Shown here piece after piece: positions 19,615 through 28,498 of a DNA stretch of 64,000 nucleotides. Each line of letters opens with the position of its first letter. The first letter of the stretch is position 1. The notes below the pieces were generated by a model. It was not told where the DNA came from. It was given only the letters and a program-made list of their open reading frames with translations, and made no database searches. The position numbers and the translations under genes are program-made. Origin of the DNA: a virus; IMG/VR virus record IMGVR_UViG_3300042691_031577, positions 32,001-96,000 of that record, one strand, 5' to 3'.

Positions 19615-21213
19615 TTAGCCTAATAACCAGCTAATATCTTCTACTCCACCAACACCATTATCTAGTTGGTATGGATTTTGAAATCCCGGTTGCATGTTAC
19701 TATACATTCCTGGGGTTTTAGTATTGCTTATATTTAAAACAGCTGCTCTAGTTAAATCTAAACCTTGAGCGCTAAATTTTAGACCAGTGTCACGAACAAA
19801 TAAACCAATACCTAATGCCATTGCCAAATCATCATTATATCCATTTTGCGCTTGTGCTTTACCATTTTGCCAAATAAACACACGTAGCTCTTCTAATAGA
19901 CGTTTAGAGTGAAAAATAAACGATCTTTCTCTAATGTACGTCTCCATCTTTGAGATGACAAGTGGTCTTGTACGAGTAGAGTTAGTAAAACCAGGAACTG
20001 TGTTATCGCTTTCCATTTTGGCCATCCATTTATCTATATTCATTTCACCATATGATCTAGGTGAATAATATAGATTAGGATATCCTCGTTCTATAATTGT
20101 ATTTACAACGTCCCATCCTATATTAGCGTTTTCTACTACGAGTAAAGCATTGTTGTATTCACCTGCTATAGAAACTAATACATGACCAAATTCACGGGTA
20201 CTAACCTGAGATTTGTATTCGGCTACTTGCTCACAATTTTCTAAATCAATAACATGGAATGTAGAATAGTCAGTTCCATCACCACGAGCAACGTCAGCAC
20301 ATACTATATAGTTTTTAGAGTAATTTGGATATTGCCATATCCATAAATCACCCCCCATTAATCGTCTTTCTATAGGATCTTGAATATATGTTTGCTCGTA
20401 AAATCCTAAAATTTCTGATTCTATTACAGTATTACCTGATCCTAAAAAGTCACAATCATATTCTTGAGCAAATTCACGAGGCGACATATTAGATCGTTCT
20501 CTTTGTTCCCATTCAGGGTCTACAGGGGCAACACGATCAGGGTGTAAATTCCATGGTAATTTAATTGCTTTAAAGTCGTTGTCACCAACTTCTGCTTCAG
20601 TATACATTCTATGAAACCAGTTACCTACACCATTAGGTGAAGATAAAGCTATAATACCACCACCAGTAGCAATTGTAGGTTTAATACTCGTGTATATTTT
20701 ATCAATACCCTCGATAAACGCAGCCTCATCCACTATTAGTAAAGATACTGCGTATGATCGACCAGCATCGGATGCTGCTGATGTAGCTACGATTTGAGAG
20801 TTATTAGCTAATTTAAGTGATAATTTGTTATCGGAAATAGGTTTTTGATTACCTCTTAACCAACTAGGAAGATTGTTATACATAAACTGTACTTTTTCAA
20901 CCATGCCTTTAGCGGTTTCTTGTTTAGTAGCGATACATAGTACTGTTTTATCTTTATGGAATAACATAGTCCATAATGAATATCCAGCTACTAGAGTTGA
21001 TATACCTAACTGGCGAGATTTATTGATGATAGTAAATCTATTATCTCGAATATCTTGTAATGTATCGGCCTGAAATGGATATAGGTGAAATAGTACTCGT
21101 CCTTTTACAGGATGGGTTATATAACAATATTTACGAAAAAAATGGATTGGATCAGTAGCACATTTAATGTATTCTTGCTTTATGATCTCCTTAATTTGTT
21201 GTTGATTACTCAT
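19615..21213 (-). CDS. Terminase large subunit, T4 gp17-like
   Basis: KSRQLGIST Walker A, LLIVDEAAF Walker B, SSPNG, QEYDCDF, DVARG, DDL nuclease motif. Confidence 0.95.
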   Translation of the reverse strand: MSNQQQIKEIIKQEYIKCATDPIHFFRKYCYITHPVKGRVLFHLYPFQADTLQDIRDNRFTIINKSRQLGISTLVAGYSLWTMLFHKDKTVLCIATKQETAKGMVEKVQFMYNNLPSWLRGNQKPISDNKLSLKLANNSQIVATSAASDAGRSYAVSLLIVDEAAFIEGIDKIYTSIKPTIATGGGIIALSSPNGVGNWFHRMYTEAEVGDNDFKAIKLPWNLHPDRVAPVDPEWEQRERSNMSPREFAQEYDCDFLGSGNTVIESEILGFYEQTYIQDPIERRLMGGDLWIWQYPNYSKNYIVCADVARGDGTDYSTFHVIDLENCEQVAEYKSQVSTREFGHVLVSIAGEYNNALLVVENANIGWDVVNTIIERGYPNLYYSPRSYGEMNIDKWMAKMESDNTVPGFTNSTRTRPLVISKMETYIRERSFIFHSKRLLEELRVFIWQNGKAQAQNGYNDDLAMALGIGLFVRDTGLKFSAQGLDLTRAAVLNISNTKTPGMYSNMQPGFQNPYQLDNGVGGVEDISWLLG

Positions 21214-21270
21214 ATACTACACAATGTGTTGTATATAAATATATAAGATTTATTATCTCAAATAAGATAT

Positions 21271-21933
21271 TTATTTTACTACAAGTATTACAGTTAAAAT
21301 AGCAGCAACAGCAGTTACGGCCTTAGTACTTAATTTTAAAAGCTTATTTTGAGTATTTACTTTAGTATACTCTTTATTTAAAGTATTATACTTTACATCT
21401 TGTAAAGATATGATATTTTGTTGTGCTGTATCTTTTATTTGGAACGAGTGTATAGTACTGTCTTTAATGACTATCTGTTGACCTAATACAGTGTTAATAC
21501 TATCAGCATATGATAAATCTTGTCTATCACCATCACAATATAATAGATCACGAGCAGCACCTACTGCTGATTCCTTAGGTAAAGAAAATGCTGTTTTATC
21601 TTCAGTTGGGTATCTGTCTACAAAAAATTTATGTAATGTATCTGAATTAGATAAATTAGGGTTATTTGCTTTTTTATTAGCTTCAGCTCTAGCTTTATTT
21701 CTTTCTTGGGCTAAATAAACTACTTGTTTTGCTAAAGCTGAGTCCTTTTTAGCTAAACCAGCAATAATTAAATTTTGTTCGTCTACAATTATTTTTTCAG
21801 AATCAATTACTTTATTCAAGCTATCTATTGTTTGTTGAAATTTAGCGTCCGACGGACCATTACAAACAGAATAAGTAGTAAGTAAAATACCTACTACTAT
21901 TCCTATTAATAACCATATTAATTTATTTGTCAT
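21271..21933 (-). CDS. Membrane-anchored coiled-coil protein, possibly spanin-like
   Basis: Hydrophobic N- and C-termini with coiled-coil middle. Confidence 0.45.
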   Translation of the reverse strand: MTNKLIWLLIGIVVGILLTTYSVCNGPSDAKFQQTIDSLNKVIDSEKIIVDEQNLIIAGLAKKDSALAKQVVYLAQERNKARAEANKKANNPNLSNSDTLHKFFVDRYPTEDKTAFSLPKESAVGAARDLLYCDGDRQDLSYADSINTVLGQQIVIKDSTIHSFQIKDTAQQNIISLQDVKYNTLNKEYTKVNTQNKLLKLSTKAVTAVAAILTVILVVK

Positions 21934-22826
21934 TTTATTATATTTGCTAACTTTTGGAACCGTTCCATTATTTCATCTTCAGATGGAGCGTTTTTTTCTT
22001 GTTCTACTTTATTTCTAACGTATTCGTTTGAATCAATTATACTTTGAACACGTTGTTCAAGAGATGCTTTTAATTTAGTTAAACGTTCTACTTCGCTTGA
22101 ACCTAATGATAAATCATCTCTACTTTTACCCATTTTTTTAGCTTGTGTTAATGCACTTTTAGTTCTAGCTAAACGTTCTTTAAATTTAGAATAATCCATC
22201 CAAGCATTATAATCTTCATCTGATAATCCTCCTACTGATGGTCTGTCCATTGGTAGTTCTGGCATTTCTGGCTCTTCCTCTTCTTCAGGTTGAGGCATAC
22301 CAGATGGGAAAAATTCACCTGTTCTTCCACCTATGAAAAAATCTTCCATACTGGGTGGTCCTGAGACTGTTTCAGGTTCACTAACTACTGTAGTCTCTCC
22401 CGTTTCATCATCCACTACTACTTCACCCATTTTAGCTATAACACCGGCATCTTTCAAACCATTCATTAACGCATTTGCTATTTGTGGACGAATAAAGTTA
22501 AATTGATCTTGGATATCTTTCTTTTCTACACCTGGATTCTCTTTAATGTAATTAATAACATCAGCTACTGACACACCACTAATCATTTTAGTAGCATATG
22601 GTGTGGTATCAAATTCAGGATCAACAATTTGGTATCCTTTAGCTTTACGAGCCATTTCCGTTACTTTTTTATATTTTTGTTGAAAAGCAGAAGATTTTTC
22701 TGTATTATCATCAGGATCAATTACTGACGATAAACCTTTAGTGGCATCTGTTGGATTTTTTAATGTATATAATCCTACTTCTGATATTACTTCTTTAACT
22801 ACGGCACGAATTTGTTTCGGGGTCAT
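21930..22826 (-). CDS. Putative internal head protein ending in scaffold-like ERFQKLANIIK (start likely 22826)
   Basis: Late motif overlaps the annotated start at 22853; IRAVVKEVISE leader. Confidence 0.55.
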   Translation of the reverse strand: MTPKQIRAVVKEVISEVGLYTLKNPTDATKGLSSVIDPDDNTEKSSAFQQKYKKVTEMARKAKGYQIVDPEFDTTPYATKMISGVSVADVINYIKENPGVEKKDIQDQFNFIRPQIANALMNGLKDAGVIAKMGEVVVDDETGETTVVSEPETVSGPPSMEDFFIGGRTGEFFPSGMPQPEEEEEPEMPELPMDRPSVGGLSDEDYNAWMDYSKFKERLARTKSALTQAKKMGKSRDDLSLGSSEVERLTKLKASLEQRVQSIIDSNEYVRNKVEQEKNAPSEDEIMERFQKLANIIK

Positions 22827-22858
22827 GATGTTTGCGTTTATTTCTGTATACATAAATA

Positions 22859-23383
22859 TTAGTTTATTTGGGAAAGTATTGAATTGATGCGTTCTTCTGT
22901 AGAACCTTTAATTTCTATTAATTTTTTAGGTGGATATTGTTGTAGTAAACCTTTTATAACAAAATCAATTTTTTGACGATATTCTGCATCCGTTATGCGC
23001 ACACCGTTGTCTTCAATATCAACGCCTTCAGGTGATACATAAATTATAACGTCATAATCACCTCTAATTATTAAAAATGATTCAATTAATTTTATTTTAT
23101 CTTCCCAACTAATTGACTTAGCACTCATAGTAAATGCACACACATCATATATTGTTCTGTCTGTCAATAAATCATCATGCATTAATTCTAAACTGCGTTC
23201 TGCCGCAAACACAAATTGTCCTTTAGTTGTTGAGTCGTCATTTAATAAGATTCCTTGATCACGTAAATATTTACTACGTTCTGTAGCTACATGATAATCT
23301 TTAAATTGTTCTAATTTGGCTAGCTCTTTAACTAAAGTGCTTTTGCCTACTGATACTGTTCCTGCTAATCCTATTCGTGCCAT
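22859..23383 (-). CDS. P-loop nucleotide kinase (AAA_28 / NadR-like)
   Basis: GTVSVGKST, TDRTIYD, EDNGVR. Confidence 0.75.
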   Translation of the reverse strand: MARIGLAGTVSVGKSTLVKELAKLEQFKDYHVATERSKYLRDQGILLNDDSTTKGQFVFAAERSLELMHDDLLTDRTIYDVCAFTMSAKSISWEDKIKLIESFLIIRGDYDVIIYVSPEGVDIEDNGVRITDAEYRQKIDFVIKGLLQQYPPKKLIEIKGSTEERINSILSQIN

Positions 23384-23389
23384 ATTTTT

Positions 23390-24073
23390 TTATATTTTAA
23401 ATTTCCAAATAAATCCTCCTGCTGTTTTTTGTTTACCTTTACAGCAAGCCTGTATATCTCCTTTTCCTATATATTTTTTAGCTTCAACAATTGAAGGCCA
23501 TTCTTGAATAAAATCACCTTCTAAATTATATTGGTTAATTGGTTTACTATTAGCTAATCTTACTCCTTTTATTATATTGTCTTTTTTTAATTTTATGTTA
23601 TTTTTATGACTTTCAGATTTAAATTTTCCTATAGCTGATTTTCTCATTTTTTCTTTTGTTATCTCAGATGGAAACTTTCCTATCATTGATATTCTTTTTT
23701 TATTTTTAGTTTCATTAGAAACTATTTTTCCTTTATTAGATTTACTAATTTTATTTTTAGTTTCTTCTGATCGAGGTCCTGTTCCTCTGTCGTATAATTC
23801 ACAAAACAATACTTGTTTCCAATCTCCATTTACTTGATCTAAATAATATTGTTTCCAATATATTTCTCTTTCATTTAATTGTTCTAAATTGCATTCTTCA
23901 ATTATTTCAAATATGTGTTGTTCCCAACCATATTTTTGATATGAATTATATAGTTTAGAACCTATATGAGATTTACTTTTATGTTTATGTTGGTATTTTC
24001 TATTTTGTATATTAATAGATTGTCCTACATAAATTTTACCTTTAGGATTTGTTATTTTATATATTCCTGTCAT
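23390..24073 (-). CDS. GIY-YIG homing endonuclease with NUMOD3/NUMOD1-like domains
   Basis: GIYKITN..GKIYVGQS; SEETKNKISKS repeats; KPINQYNLEG..I.EW.SI..A, KTAGGF.W. Confidence 0.88.
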   Translation of the reverse strand: MTGIYKITNPKGKIYVGQSINIQNRKYQHKHKSKSHIGSKLYNSYQKYGWEQHIFEIIEECNLEQLNEREIYWKQYYLDQVNGDWKQVLFCELYDRGTGPRSEETKNKISKSNKGKIVSNETKNKKRISMIGKFPSEITKEKMRKSAIGKFKSESHKNNIKLKKDNIIKGVRLANSKPINQYNLEGDFIQEWPSIVEAKKYIGKGDIQACCKGKQKTAGGFIWKFKI

Positions 24074-24097
24074 ATGATAATAAATATATAGGAATAC

Positions 24098-24346
24098 CTA
24101 TTTCCCGTTAGAAGGAGAAGTAAGTCCCAAAGCTCTAGCTCTCTGGTAGGAAACATATTTACCATTTGCTGGGTTTAAATATTTTTTATCTGTTTTATTG
24201 TCTTTAGTATTTTCTACAGTTCCTAAATACTCTTTAGGATAAGACGTAGTTGTTTCAATAGGTCCACTAGTGGATTTATTTAAATCATATTTCCAAACAC
24301 AAGTAGTACCATCATCATTAATAAACGTTCTTGTAAATTGTTTCAT
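24098..24346 (-). CDS. Hypothetical protein
   Basis: ORF with its own promoter at 24351-24382. Confidence 0.6.
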   Translation of the reverse strand: MKQFTRTFINDDGTTCVWKYDLNKSTSGPIETTTSYPKEYLGTVENTKDNKTDKKYLNPANGKYVSYQRARALGLTSPSNGK

Positions 24347-24350
24347 GTTA

Positions 24351-24382
24351 TAAAGATAAAAAAAGGGTCTTGACGACCCTAA
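24351..24382 (-). promoter_or_regulatory. Fused terminator / early-type promoter
   Basis: AGGGTC-GTCAA-GACCCT-T-run-TATCTTTA-N4-ATG on minus strand. Confidence 0.6.
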
Positions 24383-24385
24383 TTT

Positions 24386-24628
24386 TTAAACTCTTGCTCC
24401 TGTATTTTTACCTATAGCGGTTTTAAACCATGGTAATCCATTAGTATCACGTTTACGGTCTATCCAATCCTCTTTTGAATATTGAATACCGTAGATATAA
24501 TATTCTGCTAATTTCATGTTACCTTGAGGGATTAAGGCTGGGCCATCCCAGTTATGGAGCTTATTTACTCCTGTTGTGTCACTATAATGTAATATAGTAC
24601 CGTCTTTCGTTCTAAAAGTTCTTGTCAT
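24386..24628 (-). CDS. Hypothetical protein with LHNWDGPA motif
   Basis: Single H..DGPA beta-hairpin repeat common in phage proteins. Confidence 0.6.
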   Translation of the reverse strand: MTRTFRTKDGTILHYSDTTGVNKLHNWDGPALIPQGNMKLAEYYIYGIQYSKEDWIDRKRDTNGLPWFKTAIGKNTGARV

Positions 24629-24669
24629 ATTTTTACTTTCTTTTTTCGAAAGTTAATATTTCTTTTTCA

Positions 24670-25686
24670 CTAATCCAAGCCTGAAAGTTCGGTATCATCT
24701 TTCTTCAGATCTACCTCAATTTCTTTCATCGTGTCTGCTGCCCATTTCTTTTGAGCTGGGGTTAATTTATTATTAATGATGTTTTCTATAAATAGAAGGA
24801 AATTTTTATCGTCTAATTTATATACTTCAGCAAAGAATAATTCACGAACACGAGCATCTTCTATATTACTTTGGTTATATAAGTTTGATAAAGCATCATA
24901 AATAAATTTACCATATTGAAAATCACGAGGTTCGTTTGATACTTTATCTACTTTACCAACAATAGCTTTATTTTGTTCTTTATCAGTTCCAAATCCTTCT
25001 GTTCCTACTATTTCATATAATCCTTTTACTATCTCATGAAATAACATAGGAAAACATATAGCTCTTGCTTTAATAACAAATCTATCTTCTTCTTCATCAT
25101 ACACCATTTCAGATGATCCACCACTAATATTTTGTTTTTGACCAAGAGCCGCTAACATCATAGCGATAGCATTCTCATCATCATATATACCAAAAACTAG
25201 TTTCATTATTTCGTTGTATTTTTCAACTAATTCCGGACTTAAATCATCTAAATGTTCTCTAAATAATAAGAAACCAAAAGTTCCACGTACTGATGCGCCT
25301 TGAGTGATACCGTTGATTATACGGCGTTTTTTCTCCATAGCTTCGGTATCAGTTGATGGTATTTCGTCTATAGATATTTCATCTTCATCTTCATTTTGTT
25401 GAACTTGACCCATACTTACTATTTTAGCATCTATTTTTACATTAGCATAATCTAAAATAGGGTAAGCTTCTCTAGCCATAATTTCAGCTATCATTGCTAA
25501 TTCAATACGGTAATCAGATTCAGCCTCAATAATTTGACTTAGTAATTCCTGAGAACGCATCATTGTTTGCATTAGATTTTTGTTACCTAACATAGCACGC
25601 AATGATTCACCTGACTTACCTTTTAAGGCAGCCATTGTTTCAGGGCTGAATATATCTTCGTATTCTACTTCTAATAAACGTTTCAT
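24670..25686 (-). CDS. Hypothetical protein with MKRLLE leader
   Basis: 338-aa ORF; KRRIINGITQGAS, FHEIVKG. Confidence 0.6.
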   Translation of the reverse strand: MKRLLEVEYEDIFSPETMAALKGKSGESLRAMLGNKNLMQTMMRSQELLSQIIEAESDYRIELAMIAEIMAREAYPILDYANVKIDAKIVSMGQVQQNEDEDEISIDEIPSTDTEAMEKKRRIINGITQGASVRGTFGFLLFREHLDDLSPELVEKYNEIMKLVFGIYDDENAIAMMLAALGQKQNISGGSSEMVYDEEEDRFVIKARAICFPMLFHEIVKGLYEIVGTEGFGTDKEQNKAIVGKVDKVSNEPRDFQYGKFIYDALSNLYNQSNIEDARVRELFFAEVYKLDDKNFLLFIENIINNKLTPAQKKWAADTMKEIEVDLKKDDTELSGLD

Positions 25687-26159
25687 TATTTTGTTTTTTT
25701 AGCTTTCATAAAACGAGCAGTAATCTTATCAATCATTTCCTCTTCCTTTAAATTTTTAGGAGCAGGTTTTACATCAGGATTACCAATTCTTCTACGTTTA
25801 GGTTCGTCTGGAGTCACTTTAGGTCTAGGTAAAACTGCTGGTTCACTTGGTGTAGTAGCTGGTTTAGGTTGATTTTCGTTTAGTTCTTTACGAATTATTT
25901 CACGAATAGCTTCGCGTAGTTGTTTAATTTTCATATTTTCTTTTAATTTAGTTCTAGGTAATTTCATTCCTGCTACCGCAAAATTTGATGGAATTAGGTT
26001 TAGGCGTTGCTCTAATGCATTATCAGGAGCAATGGCGCGTTTTTCAACCCATAACCATTTAAGATATTGTGGATCAATTATCATTATATCAGATACTAAT
26101 CGGTTTTTATATTTACCAAATGGTATTTTAGATGATAATGTTAAAGTAACAGGGATCAT
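25686..26159 (-). CDS. Fusion: PFGKYK/YLKWL domain (DUF3820 / exonuclease X C-terminal-like) plus leader-bearing Pro-rich protein
   Basis: IPFGKYKN...DPQYLKWL; internal MKIKQLREAIREIIRKELNE starting at 25934. Confidence 0.55.
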   Translation of the reverse strand: MIPVTLTLSSKIPFGKYKNRLVSDIMIIDPQYLKWLWVEKRAIAPDNALEQRLNLIPSNFAVAGMKLPRTKLKENMKIKQLREAIREIIRKELNENQPKPATTPSEPAVLPRPKVTPDEPKRRRIGNPDVKPAPKNLKEEEMIDKITARFMKAKKTK

Positions 26160-27511
26160 GCCAATAAATATTCAGCAACATATATTCCATGCGCTCCTGA
26201 TACTGTGATACCACGAGCTGATAAAGCATCACCAACAAAATGCACATTTGGATATTCAGTTAATGCTAAACTATTATAATCAACTAATGGTTCAGGACTT
26301 AAATATTTTACCTCGGGTATATACATGCCCCAGTCATCACCAAAGTTAAATACTTCATTCATTTGTTCAATAAAGTTAGTTATATAAAATGCATACTTAC
26401 CTAATACTTTATCAAAATCTTCTAAATCATCAGTTTGATATGCTGATACAACTGCGCCTTCTGATGTTATACCTGGCGTACGAGTTTTATTTGGTGAATA
26501 ATATAATCCTTTACCATCAACTTGTAACTGTCCTACTACATGACGTGACCACTCAAACGGATTTTCAATACCTTTAATTTCCATTAATATACCAAAATTA
26601 GTCATATCATTGCGATACTCTTCACCTTTTTTCGCATGACCATTGTAAGTAATATCACCATAAGTTTCTTCAACAGCCACATAGGCAGCGTTATTGTTAG
26701 TACAAAAACTACGCAAAGATACGTTATCAAATTTTTGATATAGTTTAAAATCATAAGAGACATCAATTAATTTTTGGAAATATTTTTGTGGTGCTTCAAA
26801 ACGAACACCTATTTGAACTGATTTGGGTTCAGTTGGTAATTTATAATCATTTGATAGCTGTTGAGCAAAGTCAATACCTGATTTACCTACAGCAAATATG
26901 AGAGTATCATATTCGATCTCAGTGTTAATATAAGGTCTAAAATTAGCCAATCCGCTTTCTTTTCCTAATTTATCAAATCTATCTACTATTGTATTATCGA
27001 CAAATAATACTATTTGTTTATCAAAATCAATAGATGTAACTTCACAATTCCAACAAAATTTAACACCTTTATCTAACAAATATTGATACCATGCTTTAGC
27101 AATCTCGTGCAAGAAATTGGATCCTATGTGCCATACAGGAAACATTCTTAAACCAAAATATGGTTTAATAAATTCAGGTTCTTCCTGAGGATCAGACATG
27201 AATATTTCTTCTGGTTTAGGATGGAAACGAGTAAAATTATCTACTACTTGTTTCATTAATTCCATTGCTTTGTCCTCACCACAATATTTTGATAATTGAC
27301 CTCCAATTGCTGTGTGATAAGTAAGTTTACCATCTGACCACCCACCTGCTCCTAACATACCTGTCATTACCTCTTCAGGTAAACGATTATGTGGGTCGTT
27401 GCCTTTATCTATGATAGTGATTAATTCACCTGGGTATCCATTGTCTACTAATTTGGTAGCGGCATTTATACCTGCAACACCAGCACCTACGATTACTATT
27501 TTTTTATTCAT
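26156..27511 (-). CDS. FAD/NAD(P)-dependent oxidoreductase
   Basis: IVIVGAGVAG Rossmann motif, GAGGWSDGKL, GVRFE, RSFC, FVGD...RG. Confidence 0.85.
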   Translation of the reverse strand: MNKKIVIVGAGVAGINAATKLVDNGYPGELITIIDKGNDPHNRLPEEVMTGMLGAGGWSDGKLTYHTAIGGQLSKYCGEDKAMELMKQVVDNFTRFHPKPEEIFMSDPQEEPEFIKPYFGLRMFPVWHIGSNFLHEIAKAWYQYLLDKGVKFCWNCEVTSIDFDKQIVLFVDNTIVDRFDKLGKESGLANFRPYINTEIEYDTLIFAVGKSGIDFAQQLSNDYKLPTEPKSVQIGVRFEAPQKYFQKLIDVSYDFKLYQKFDNVSLRSFCTNNNAAYVAVEETYGDITYNGHAKKGEEYRNDMTNFGILMEIKGIENPFEWSRHVVGQLQVDGKGLYYSPNKTRTPGITSEGAVVSAYQTDDLEDFDKVLGKYAFYITNFIEQMNEVFNFGDDWGMYIPEVKYLSPEPLVDYNSLALTEYPNVHFVGDALSARGITVSGAHGIYVAEYLLA

Positions 27512-27553
27512 ACTTTATAAATTTAATATCTTTATTTTGACTTTCAAACTAAG

Positions 27554-27627
27554 GTGGCCCACCTTTTAGGGGTGGGCCACAGCTCCATAATTTTATCTCT
27601 TACGAGCGACCGGCTATGAATCGGTCT
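27554..27627 (-). ncRNA. Candidate structured RNA: pseudoknot, GNRA hairpin and terminal hairpin
   Basis: GACCG/CGGTC stem; loop UCAUAGC complementary to GCUGUGG; CUC-GUAA-GAG; 10-bp hairpin with CCUAAAA loop. Confidence 0.5.
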
Positions 27628-27642
27628 ATAAATTATTTATTT

Positions 27643-28014
27643 TTATATCATCTTTATATTAGCTACAAATTCTTTTACGTAATTATCTATTTTATTTTTC
27701 TGTTTTTCGGCTTCTTCTTTAGTAAATAATGTTACTTTAATATCCCCCATAGGATGATTAAATAAATCATTTTTAGTTTTATATTGAGCCGGGATACTAC
27801 TCCCGTCTTTGTATGTACCTATAAAATATCGTCTAACTTTATCTCCATATATTTTATCAACGTTTATATCGTTAATATTTACTTCTAAGTCTTTTAACTT
27901 ATTTATAGTTTTTTCTACTTGTTGATATTTTTTAAGATCCTCTACAGGAATTAACTCAATGTAGTATTTTTTATTACTATCTATTTCTTGGATTATGTTT
28001 ACTAACTTAATCAT
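27643..28014 (-). CDS. Hypothetical protein with MIKLVNIIQE leader
   Basis: Leader motif. Confidence 0.6.
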   Translation of the reverse strand: MIKLVNIIQEIDSNKKYYIELIPVEDLKKYQQVEKTINKLKDLEVNINDINVDKIYGDKVRRYFIGTYKDGSSIPAQYKTKNDLFNHPMGDIKVTLFTKEEAEKQKNKIDNYVKEFVANIKMI

Positions 28015-28451
28015 TATTGTACATTATATTCGTTATTACCAATTTTTAGTTTAGTAATAGTATTAACGTTTATCATTCTGTATCCACCTGTTTTTACATC
28101 ATATACAGGAATTAATCCTTTTTCATCTGGATTGTAAGGTAATTCGCCACCTTTTAAATAAACTTTAACACCTAAACGAGCATTCATTACGCGAGTAGTA
28201 CCATCTTTTTTAATAAAAGTTACAGTAAAAAACTTACCTTTAGTATCTTTAATTAATTGTTTAGCTTGTTCTTTAGTAATAGACCCAGCTGGGGTTTCAG
28301 GAGTTTCAGCTTCTGATGGTGCTTCTTCTGGTGAAGGAACATTAGCTGGTTCTTGTCCCGGTCCTGGGGTAATAGGAGGTAAATCTTCTTGTTCTTTAAG
28401 ATATTGAGATATAGTTTCTCTGATTAATTGGCGTAATACTTTGCTGTTCAT
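28014..28451 (-). CDS. Leader plus WYL-like/Sm-like SH3 barrel protein
   Basis: LRQLIRETISQYLKE; FFTVTFIKKDGTTRVM, VYDVKTGGYRMIN. Confidence 0.6.
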   Translation of the reverse strand: MNSKVLRQLIRETISQYLKEQEDLPPITPGPGQEPANVPSPEEAPSEAETPETPAGSITKEQAKQLIKDTKGKFFTVTFIKKDGTTRVMNARLGVKVYLKGGELPYNPDEKGLIPVYDVKTGGYRMINVNTITKLKIGNNEYNVQ

Positions 28452-28498
28452 TTTTATTGTTTTTTACAAAGATAATAAAGGTACCTTGCCAATAAATA

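Noticed and set aside
9520-21213. Introns or inteins in capsid, portal or terminase
   Set aside because: ORFs are continuous, of expected size and lack intein splice motifs
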